A DNA stretch of 31,244 bases from a virus (taxonomy: Duplodnaviria > Caudoviricetes): IMG/VR virus record IMGVR_UViG_3300025502_000097, positions 1 to 31,244 of that record. One strand, written 5' to 3'. Made by a program: the position numbers and the translations under genes. Shown piece by piece: positions 20,489 to 27,311 of the stretch (positions are counted from its first letter, which is position 1; every line of letters starts with the position of its first letter). Under the pieces are notes generated by a model, which did not search any database, was not told the DNA's origin, and worked only from the letters and a program-made list of their open reading frames with translations.

Positions 20489-20517
20489 GTATCCTCCGCA
20501 TTTATTATAGCACGGAA

Positions 20518-20604
20518 CTAGTTTTTAAATCTATAGGTTGTGCTTTGTATCTTTACGACTGGTGGCAGTTGAGGCTTTAATGATGATATTACTATTCTCC
20601 CCAT
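20518..20604 (-). CDS. 28 aa basic micro-protein
   Basis: MGRIVISSLKPQLPPVVKIQSTTYRFKN; TAATG-coupled to the upstream gene and fills the gap. Confidence 0.45.
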   Translation of the reverse strand: MGRIVISSLKPQLPPVVKIQSTTYRFKN

Positions 20605-20990
20605 TATAAGATACTCCTGCTTACGTCTCCCAAAACAACTATTGTTCCTATTACTGGCGTCCACCTTGTTCCGTCAACTAGTGTTGCCTCTATGTCAAAT
20701 TGCAATTCATTTACAAAAGTTCTGAAGTTGTTTCCCCAGCTTTCTGTGGTTATTGCTGCTGCAACTACATCGACGTACCCATTGCCTTTGGTAACAGCAA
20801 GTGGGTCCAGGACATCCTCTACTGGGTCATATGCGGTAGCCCTAAATGTCCAAGCAGAAATATCAAATGGAGTAACTTCATCATTTTCTAAGAATTCAAC
20901 ACGTAAGGATGACGTGTCGCCTCTAACGACTTGCCATTTAACATGTGCGGGGTCAGATCCAAAAACATCCTGTGGTGTGCAAGAACTCAT
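20604..20990 (-). CDS. BppU-like domain structural protein
   Basis: WQVVRGDTSSLRV...FDISAW...FDIE...WTPVIGTIVVLGDVS. Confidence 0.55.
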   Translation of the reverse strand: MSSCTPQDVFGSDPAHVKWQVVRGDTSSLRVEFLENDEVTPFDISAWTFRATAYDPVEDVLDPLAVTKGNGYVDVVAAAITTESWGNNFRTFVNELQFDIEATLVDGTRWTPVIGTIVVLGDVSRSIL

Positions 20991-21021
20991 AGTAACCTAA
21001 TTATACCATCAAAAATTAAAA

Positions 21022-21070
21022 GACTAGCGCTCAGCGCGGTGGGTATGAGAGACGTGACTGAACGCTAGCC
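21022..21070 (-). ncRNA. Candidate ~50 nt hairpin small RNA under a late promoter
   Basis: TGATATAAT (21077-21085) is followed by GGCTAGCGTTCAG...CTGAGCGCTAGTC (13 bp, with G-U pairs on this strand) and then a T-rich tail; no ORF. Confidence 0.5.
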
Positions 21071-21239
21071 ATAAAGATTATATCATAAAACTGTGATGCA
21101 TCAGAATAATATACTTTAAAGTAATCAATACATAGAATATTCTTCATTTATTTTATATATAACATTTATTGTTACAGAATCGTTATCAAAAAAAGACTTG
21201 ACAAGGCATCAAAGTCTGATAGTATCTAAAAGGGTTGAT

Positions 21240-21358
21240 TGTTATTATATATATTAATTCTTATTAACTATTATATAGTTTATTGAATTTACTTATATAT
21301 ATCTTTATATATATTTAATATATATATATTATACATAATAGATAAATATAAACAATAA
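21240..21358. other. Extremely AT-rich low-complexity tract
   Basis: Nearly all A/T with (TA)n runs; non-coding. Confidence 0.7.
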
Positions 21359-21625
21359 CTACTCTTTATTGTTTATAATAAAATTAATTATAGTGTCAAC
21401 TTTTTTTTCTAATTGGATCTGACTCTTTTCCAATCTCGTTACCTGATCTTTAATTGACCCACCGCCATTTGGTTTAAATTCTTTTGCCATCTCTGTGACT
21501 TCATCTTTGATAAGCTTTTGAAACTTCTTTGTCACTTGAGCAATGAACCCCAAAATAATACCCAGTATTGATAAAATTCCAAGGGTAATAGGGACATAAG
21601 TCTGAAGCCATTCTGTAAACACCAT
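21359..21625 (-). CDS. Single-pass membrane protein (holin-associated type)
   Basis: Likely start MVFTEW at 21625; hydrophobic ITLGILSILGIILGFIA followed by PNGGGSIKDQVTRLE and a coiled coil, as in actinophage lysis-region membrane proteins. Confidence 0.6.
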   Translation of the reverse strand: MVFTEWLQTYVPITLGILSILGIILGFIAQVTKKFQKLIKDEVTEMAKEFKPNGGGSIKDQVTRLEKSQIQLEKKVDTIINFIINNKE

Positions 21626-21826
21626 ATGTATAATTATAATTTGTTTTTTCAAGTTCCAGGGCTTATATTCGAAAAAAGTTTTTAAGTTTCGCGATAGAGA
21701 TTCGCGCGAAATAGAGGTTCTAACGCCCATTCCCCTATAACATGGACAAACAATATGTCCAATATCTGATGACATGGCGAATTATATTATAAACTTTATA
21801 ACAAAATGATAACAATTGTATAACGA

Positions 21827-22694
21827 TTATGTAACATATATACGCATAAACTCTTTTATGATGTCTTTATGAAGGATTGATGGCACATCTCCAGCTAAAA
21901 TTCTTCGAACTAGTATCTTTGATTCAAGCTCTTTAGTAATTGAAGCTTCTGCAAGCTCCCAATGCCTTTTTCTTCTATTGCCATCGTAGTCGTGGTAGCA
22001 ATATATCCTGCCAGGGGCCACAATTTTAATATTTTCTTTAAAAAACCTAATAGAAGTGGTGTGTTCTTCTCCCCAAAAGTATATTTTTAAATCTGGGGGG
22101 ACCTGGGAGAAGTATTTTGAATAGCCGAAAGCGAATCCTGCACAAAAATAGCCAGTCTCATCCCCATAGACGGATTCTGATCTATCTATATACTTTGCCT
22201 CAAAAGGAAGTTCTTCGTCTTTTACTAGTGCAACTATGGGAGCTATTCCGTCATTGTCTATATATGTTTCATTTAGGTTTTCGTCTAATTCATATGCTGG
22301 AGGATATGTGCTCAAGATTAGATCTCCGTATTCCCCGACATATTTTTCATAGTCTTGAATAAGCTTTTTGTCCCAATTTTGTACGAAACGCATATGGCTG
22401 TCTACCTGTAGCAAATATCTATATTCTTGTTAAGTATTTCTGTGTTATATGTCTAGCATGTCCTACTCCACGAGCTAAAGAATGATGAACCTTGTTATAT
22501 TTATAAGATACTCCATATTCTTCGAATATTGTTTCGAGATCAGGATGGTTATCGTCTTGAGAATAGACTGATATGAACAATGACTCTGGTTGTTTTGACT
22601 TTGATATAAGGTCTTTTATGGTTGGTTCTAGCTCCAGATCCATTAGAGAGGCTATGGAGACATATATTTTACCAGATAGGTTATTAAAAAGCAT
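21827..22694 (-). pseudogene. GT60-like (Skp1 GlcNAc-transferase family) glycosyltransferase split by a frameshift near 22425
   Basis: The N-terminal part has IYVSIASLMD.EL..TI and ARGVGHAR; the C-terminal part has (EYRY)LLQVDSHMRF..WD, ILSTYP and FWGEE. The two parts are collinear halves of one protein. Confidence 0.7.
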
Positions 22695-22707
22695 ATCTCT
22701 ATTATAC

Positions 22708-22736
22708 TTGACATCGATCTGTTATACTTGTATAAT
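22708..22736 (+). promoter_or_regulatory. Consensus sigma70/SigA promoter in a divergent intergenic region
   Basis: TTGACA-N17-TATAAT, also containing TGTTATACT; a divergent TATAAT at 22701-22706 serves the glycosyltransferase gene. Confidence 0.6.
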
Positions 22737-22737
22737 T

Positions 22738-22944
22738 ATGAAAGACAATGGAGATGTTGAGTTTTCTGATCTATTTGATCCTAGGCAAGAGCGATCAGAT
22801 AGAGATTTAATTGAATACCGTCTCAATATATGCAATACATGTCCATTTTTCAATAAGAGACTAGCTAAGTGTAAGAAGTGTGGCTGCTTCATGAGGTTAA
22901 AGTCTACTTTGAAACAAGCATCCTGTCCTGTTGGTAATTGGTGA
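22738..22944 (+). CDS. Cys-rich small protein (DUF6171-like)
   Basis: RLNICNTC...CKKCGCFMRLK...CPVGNW; likely start MKDNG at 22738. Confidence 0.7.
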   Translation: MKDNGDVEFSDLFDPRQERSDRDLIEYRLNICNTCPFFNKRLAKCKKCGCFMRLKSTLKQASCPVGNW

Positions 22945-22946
22945 TT

Positions 22947-22985
22947 TGTTACCATTTTGTTACATAATTGTTACCAAAATGTTAC
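22947..22985. repeat. Four TGTTAC direct repeats at 11-bp period (OmpR-family/MtrA-like boxes)
   Basis: TGTTAC at 22947, 22958, 22969 and 22980. Confidence 0.75.
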
Positions 22986-23328
22986 ATATTAGCTATTGAC
23001 AAATCTGAAAAAATATTTTTATGCCACTATGGCTATGATTAAACATATAATTAGAGATGTACCCAGGATTTTTAAAGTTTCTTTGTATTTTTTAGTCATA
23101 AAACCATATTAGCATAAATCTGAATAATTTGTTTATGTGTATGATACACGCTCGTATAGATAAACAGCAAAATCTTAGTGAGCACGTATGACAAATTCTC
23201 TTGAAGGCATATGACCTGATCAGATCCAGAGATCTTGGCTAGGGGTAGTGGGTGCACCTGTTTTGATTAGATGCAAGGGGGTAGTGGGTATGCCTGTTTG
23301 AGAATATTTGATGCCCCTGGTGGGTGTC

Positions 23329-23472
23329 CTAACTTGGGATAACTACCTCGAAAGATTTTATAGATTTCTTATCGACTAATGCTTGATAATGCTTTTCTAC
23401 ATTTTCTTTGTGTGACAAATCAAAAACAGCATTTTGGTATTCACCATTGTTTTGGGTAACGATAATTAGCAT
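23329..23472 (-). CDS. 47 aa protein, paralogue of 23607-23774
   Basis: MLIIVTQNNGEYQNAVFDLSHKENVEKHYQALVDKKSIKSFEVVIPS; ATG lies 6 nt after TGGTATAAT (23479-23487). Confidence 0.7.
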   Translation of the reverse strand: MLIIVTQNNGEYQNAVFDLSHKENVEKHYQALVDKKSIKSFEVVIPS

Positions 23473-23606
23473 AGGTCAATTATACCAAATTAGTTAGTGT
23501 TTGTCTACTCCAGATCCATTTGTAACAGTTTGATAACATACCGCAGAATGTGCCCAAAATGTCCGTGGTATGCCCTAGAGTATAACTATCAAACAAAGGA
23601 TGTCAA

Positions 23607-23774
23607 ATGAACGTAGCAGTAATCAACCTAGATGGAACAACAACTAACTATGGCTATTCACCTGAGCACAAGGCTCACGTTGTCGGATTCTATACCAAGG
23701 CTTATTGGGCAAAAGAAATCAAGAGTTTCACAATGACACACGACGACGGAAACATCATTTCAATCGGTGCATAA
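23607..23774 (+). CDS. 55 aa early protein
   Basis: MNVAVINLDGTTTNYGYSPEHKAHVVGFYTKAYWAKEIKSFTMTHDDGNIISIGA; AAAGGA RBS and promoter copy upstream. Confidence 0.75.
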   Translation: MNVAVINLDGTTTNYGYSPEHKAHVVGFYTKAYWAKEIKSFTMTHDDGNIISIGA

Positions 23775-23868
23775 CCGTTATCAATCCGTTATCTTCTAAC
23801 GGCGTGTCAGACCCTATAATGTCTGACCCCTGATGTAGAGTAATAACATAATCAGAAAAGGATAATCA

Positions 23869-24063
23869 ATGACCAAAATGTATCGCAAGACCACCTGCAA
23901 GGGCTGTGGATTTACCCAGACAGCTAGCCTGTCTTACTACCTTGACCGCAAGCAATGGGAGGCTAGCCACACGCTAGCAGTTCACAGTAGCCGTAAAGCG
24001 TTCAATGAAATGATGGGCAACCCGCTTGACGCCCTTGCCAAATTGTCACTAATCAGTAAGTAA
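23869..24063 (+). CDS. 64 aa early protein with CxxC and two His (possible Zn binder)
   Basis: TCKGCG...H...H; GAAAAGGATAA RBS. Confidence 0.75.
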   Translation: MTKMYRKTTCKGCGFTQTASLSYYLDRKQWEASHTLAVHSSRKAFNEMMGNPLDALAKLSLISK

Positions 24064-24068
24064 AGGTT

Positions 24069-24145
24069 TCTGGCTATCTGAATGAGCCTAGCAAATAAGT
24101 CGAACAGTTGTTCGAATGAGCCTAGCAAATAAATCAGATGCCAGA
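24069..24145. ncRNA. Pseudo-symmetric structured element containing a LexA-type palindrome
   Basis: Outer stem TCTGGC.ATCTGA/TCAGATGCCAGA; two copies of GAATGAGCCTAGCAAATAA; central TCGAAC-AGTT-GTTCGA. Confidence 0.55.
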
Positions 24146-24298
24146 CGGCGTGTCGCTTGACAACGCCCCCAAAATGGGGCGCCCGCATAACGAATTGGTA
24201 ACAATGAAAAAAAATAGGCACAAATACGGCGTGTCGCACCCTAAAATGTCTGACCCCTATGCCATACTAATAGTATAAACAAAGAAAGGATAAAAGAA

Positions 24299-24439
24299 AT
24301 GAAAAAGATTTTCGTCTCAAAAGATAACGATTCAATGGTATGGTTTGGTGCAATGCCTAACACCGTTGATTCTCAAATCGAGAAACTAGAAGCAATGGGT
24401 TACACCATTGTAATGGTTACAGGTAACGACACTATCTAA
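24299..24439 (+). CDS. 46 aa early protein
   Basis: MKKIFVSKDNDSMVWFGAMPNTVDSQIEKLEAMGYTIVMVTGNDTI; AGAAAGGATAA RBS. Confidence 0.75.
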   Translation: MKKIFVSKDNDSMVWFGAMPNTVDSQIEKLEAMGYTIVMVTGNDTI

Positions 24440-24489
24440 AGTGTCTGACCCTCGTGTTAGTATAATAGTATAAACAGTAAAGGATAATA

Positions 24490-24654
24490 ATGAACAGGTT
24501 CAAAGAATTGGATACCCTCTCACTATCAGAGATAGAGGTTGAAATTGAGACAATGCTTTTATCAGTAGGTGATAGCCCTAGCGATAAAGAAATGAAATAC
24601 ATCAACGGGCTAATGGTAATGGCTAACGCTCTTGGCTCAACGAGAGGATGGTAA
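24490..24654 (+). CDS. 54 aa early protein
   Basis: MNRFKELDTLSLSEIEVEIETMLLSVGDSPSDKEMKYINGLMVMANALGSTRGW; AAAGGATAA RBS. Confidence 0.75.
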   Translation: MNRFKELDTLSLSEIEVEIETMLLSVGDSPSDKEMKYINGLMVMANALGSTRGW

Positions 24655-24753
24655 CAGAATGATAACACTTACATTTGAAACTTGGGATGAATTTGACAAC
24701 GCTATTGGTTCCATAGTAGAATTGGAACAACAACTAGTAAAGGATAATAACTA

Positions 24754-24861
24754 ATGGATACTCTCCGCTCTTGGATAACAGTTCTTTGGATGGCAGGTAG
24801 CGTCACTTGGGTTTTGGTTCAGGCATACCGCCTAGAAAAGTGGAAAGAAAATAACTCATAA
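24754..24861 (+). CDS. 35 aa membrane micro-protein
   Basis: MDTLRSWITVLWMAGSVTWVLVQAYRLEKWKENNS; AAAGGATAA RBS; TTGACA upstream. Confidence 0.65.
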   Translation: MDTLRSWITVLWMAGSVTWVLVQAYRLEKWKENNS

Positions 24862-25047
24862 CCCTCGGCGTGTCGACTTGACACCCAGGGCAAAATGGGG
24901 CGCCCGCCTCCAGATCCAGATATGGATAATAATTTACGATACGAAATTCAAAATCGGGGACTTTTTTCGTTATAATTTTGTTATCAGGAAATCATCAAAA
25001 TGTCCGTAGGGTGTGATAGGTTATACCTATAACAGAAAGAGGCAAAG

Positions 25048-25188
25048 ATGTATCAGATTTTCGTTCACCACTCCGACAATACTACTACCACAATTTTGGC
25101 TACTGAGGCACAGCGTTCAGGATACCTTGCCCTTGTCCAGAAATGGTTTGATAACGGAATGATAACAAGATGGGCAATCAGCGAATAA
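25048..25188 (+). CDS. 46 aa early protein (possible distant paralogue of 23607-23774)
   Basis: MYQIFVHHSDNTTTTILATEAQRSGYLALVQKWFDNGMITRWAISE; GAAAGAGG RBS. Confidence 0.7.
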   Translation: MYQIFVHHSDNTTTTILATEAQRSGYLALVQKWFDNGMITRWAISE

Positions 25189-25236
25189 ATGTCTGACCCC
25201 TATGCTAGATTAGAACTAATCAGAAAGGATACAAAA

Positions 25237-25410
25237 ATGAAGTTTGATTCTCAAGCGTATGACCTGCTAGAGTCTGCACTAAAAGTTCTAAAGTATAAAG
25301 TTCCATACCCTCACTCAACTATGTTGGGTTACCTAATGCCAAACATAGATTTAGAAACAGCAATCAGAATTGCCAAGATTATAGACGAAAGAGAGGATTT
25401 GAGTGAGTGA
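25237..25410 (+). CDS. 57 aa early protein
   Basis: Start MKFDSQ follows AGAAAGGAT; the ORF-track start at 25189 falls inside the promoter motif. Confidence 0.75.
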   Translation: MKFDSQAYDLLESALKVLKYKVPYPHSTMLGYLMPNIDLETAIRIAKIIDEREDLSE

Positions 25411-25552
25411 GTTTCTCTGCGTGTTTTGCCTAAGCATTGTCAATGATGTTGTATGCTTTGAGTGTAATGACTATAAAGGGCTAATGCCTATTGGTGAAGC
25501 CAAGACTTATCTTGGTGAAGAATTTCCAGAGGAGTATAACGAGTATGTCTAA
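25403..25552 (+). CDS. 49 aa zinc-ribbon-like protein
   Basis: GTG start; MSEFLCVFCLSIVNDVVCFECNDYKGLMP...; GAGAGG RBS. Confidence 0.7.
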   Translation: MSEFLCVFCLSIVNDVVCFECNDYKGLMPIGEAKTYLGEEFPEEYNEYV

Positions 25553-25649
25553 AATGTCCACACTAGAATTAGAAGAACTAGTCTTCAAGATAGACCTAAT
25601 GCTGTCCGATACCCCTGCTAAGCTATTCATAACGGAAGAAGGTAAGTAA
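25545..25649 (+). CDS. 34 aa micro-protein
   Basis: MSKMSTLELEELVFKIDLMLSDTPAKLFITEEGK; GAGGAG RBS; overlaps both neighbours. Confidence 0.6.
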   Translation: MSKMSTLELEELVFKIDLMLSDTPAKLFITEEGK

Positions 25650-25771
25650 TGATTGAAATTGCTGTCATAGTCTTAGGGCTATCTATGTTTGTATTGGGAA
25701 TGATTTCTCAGTATGCCGTCACCTACTTGGCTACCCAGAAAAAGCCAGAAACTTTTACTGCACCATTTTAG
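25649..25771 (+). CDS. 40 aa membrane micro-protein
   Basis: MIEIAVIVLGLSMFVLGMISQYAVTYLATQKKPETFTAPF; TAATG coupling. Confidence 0.65.
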   Translation: MIEIAVIVLGLSMFVLGMISQYAVTYLATQKKPETFTAPF

Positions 25772-25820
25772 TTTTCTAGTCTAGGGCTGAAAACCCTAAT
25801 CCAAGCGACTAGACTCTAGG

Positions 25821-25862
25821 CCCCCAGCGGAATGATTTTTATCCTTTCTATTCCGTTGGGGG
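25821..25862 (+). ncRNA. Anti-RBS hairpin 1
   Basis: Stem CCCCCAGCGGAAT/ATTCCGTTGGGGG; loop GATTTTTATCCTTTCT. Confidence 0.65.
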
Positions 25863-25973
25863 AATGGGGGGCGCCCGCCCCAGATCAGACAGTTAGAATA
25901 ATTTACGATAGTGTTTATGAAATCCCAGAATTTTATCCTACAAAATGTCTGACCCCTGTGCTATAGTTTTACT

Positions 25974-26144
25974 ATGAGCAAATTAGGAAGATACAACGAG
26001 GCAAGACGCAAGGTTGAAAGCCAAGCGTTGTTTACCTCTATGCTAAAAGCAGGTAAGCACAATGTAGTTACCCCTAAAAAATACAAAGGCACCAAGCAGT
26101 CTATGAATCATAAGGCTATTAGAGAAAGTAGAAATGATGACTGA
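25974..26144 (+). CDS. 56 aa highly basic leaderless protein
   Basis: MSKLGRYNEARRKVESQALFTSMLKAGKHNVVTPKKYKGTKQSMNHKAIRESRNDD; ATG 6 nt after TATAGT. Confidence 0.7.
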   Translation: MSKLGRYNEARRKVESQALFTSMLKAGKHNVVTPKKYKGTKQSMNHKAIRESRNDD

Positions 26145-26337
26145 ATACAAGAGGGTATTGGTTGAATGGAAAGATACTCCAGGAGAGGGTTCCCTAGCTA
26201 CCGTCGCTATTGATGCCGAGTGGACTGAGGGTGAGAATGATGACGGTATCTTCTTTTATTTTAGTAATCAAAATGAGTTTGAACACGCTCTCGCAGGTGG
26301 CGATGAGTATGACTTTACCCTAGAGGAGATAAACTGA
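26134..26337 (+). CDS. Acidic hypothetical protein
   Basis: 67 aa; GAAAG RBS; DDGIFFYF motif. Confidence 0.7.
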   Translation: MMTEYKRVLVEWKDTPGEGSLATVAIDAEWTEGENDDGIFFYFSNQNEFEHALAGGDEYDFTLEEIN

Positions 26338-26459
26338 TGGATGAGCAAGCGATAGAGATAAAAGAAAACCTAGCAGACTACTATGCTAACCCAGAGCAGT
26401 ATACTTTTGCAGACTTGGAAGAAATCTTTCAGGATAGGGACCCTTTTGAATTCCTGTGA
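26337..26459 (+). CDS. 40 aa acidic micro-protein
   Basis: MDEQAIEIKENLADYYANPEQYTFADLEEIFQDRDPFEFL; GAGGAG RBS; TGATG coupling. Confidence 0.7.
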   Translation: MDEQAIEIKENLADYYANPEQYTFADLEEIFQDRDPFEFL

Positions 26460-26518
26460 AAAAGGTAGTGTGGTTAGGGTGAAAATGGTATGGTAGAAAA
26501 CAATCAGAAAGGTTCAAA

Positions 26519-26665
26519 ATGAGAAAAGAATTTTGGGAAATGTCACTTCCAATGAGTGAAGTGAAAGAAATGGACCGAGAACAGCGTGATGCGTTGATGG
26601 CGGATCTTCAGAAACTTGATGATGCTTTTGATAGGGTGCTCTTGAAATATGACATAGAGTTCTAG
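26519..26665 (+). CDS. 48 aa helical protein
   Basis: MRKEFWEMSLPMSEVKEMDREQRDALMADLQKLDDAFDRVLLKYDIEF; AGAAAGG RBS. Confidence 0.7.
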   Translation: MRKEFWEMSLPMSEVKEMDREQRDALMADLQKLDDAFDRVLLKYDIEF

Positions 26666-26719
26666 GTAAAATGTCTGACCCCTGATGTATGATTATTTTA
26701 TAATCGAAAGGATAACCCA

Positions 26720-26854
26720 ATGACTTATAACTGCTCAGACTGTCAAAGACTAATTAGACCAGAAAACCTATACGGATACAAAACCATAAATGTCTGTGGC
26801 AGGTGCTATGCTATTAGAGTTCAACACCCCTCCGCAAGAAAGTTGGTAAAATGA
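26720..26854 (+). CDS. 44 aa CxxC...CxxC zinc-finger micro-protein
   Basis: MTYNCSDCQRLIRPENLYGYKTINVCGRCYAIRVQHPSARKLVK; GAAAGGATAA RBS. Confidence 0.7.
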   Translation: MTYNCSDCQRLIRPENLYGYKTINVCGRCYAIRVQHPSARKLVK

Positions 26855-27117
26855 AAGACGGAACTTATCTAAAAACTGAAGCTGGCTTTACCCCTATTGT
26901 TGCCACTACTGGCTATTGGGTTGCCGTTGAAGAAACGGAATTGGGCTTGATAGCAGTTGGAGAAACTTTTGGAGCGTGGACAGACTCAGACGGAAAACTA
27001 TGGGTTGATAAAACAGTTCGACTATCGGACTTGACCAATGCCCTATTGCTTGGAAAAACATTTAGCCAAAAGGCTATCTATGATGTCGCAAACAAAAAAG
27101 AAATGGAAGTTGTATAA
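26851..27117 (+). CDS. Hypothetical protein
   Basis: 88 aa; FGAWTD..G.LWVD and QKAIYD motifs. Confidence 0.75.
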   Translation: MKDGTYLKTEAGFTPIVATTGYWVAVEETELGLIAVGETFGAWTDSDGKLWVDKTVRLSDLTNALLLGKTFSQKAIYDVANKKEMEVV

Positions 27118-27311
27118 TGCCAAAGTATGATGTAGCAGTTCAGCTAACAGGCAATGACGGAAATGCGTTCGCTATAATGGGAGCAGTGAAGTCTGCCCTC
27201 AAAAAAGCGGGAGCAAGTGGAGAAGAAGTAAGCCAGTATGTATCAGATAGTATGTCTGGTGACTATGACAACCTATTGCGAACTGCAATGGAATGGGTGG
27301 AGGTAAGCTAA
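27117..27311 (+). CDS. Conserved-type phage protein (DGNAF motif)
   Basis: VQLTGNDGNAFAIMG...SGDYDNLL; coupled to both neighbours. Confidence 0.75.
   Translation: MPKYDVAVQLTGNDGNAFAIMGAVKSALKKAGASGEEVSQYVSDSMSGDYDNLLRTAMEWVEVS

Larger units (their letters stand above)
526..23487 (-). promoter_or_regulatory. Family of late-module extended -10 promoters (TGnTAWAAT)
   Basis: Copies at 526-534, 3582-3590, 8081-8089, 11550-11558, 11733-11741, 17246-17254, 18938-18946, 20504-20512, 21000-21008, 21077-21085 and 23479-23487; variants at 6048, 16639 and 22701. Nearly all lie just upstream of gene starts. Confidence 0.75.

Noticed and set aside
947-22362. Plus-strand ORFs in the track overlapping structural genes (e.g. 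4883-5560, 13017-13298, 20692-21000)
   Set aside because: Antisense shadows of well-supported minus-strand genes; no RBS or recognisable motifs.
24078-24108. Hammerhead ribozyme (CTGAATGAG...CGAAC)
   Set aside because: Does not match the CUGAnGA and GAAA cores, and stem II cannot form.
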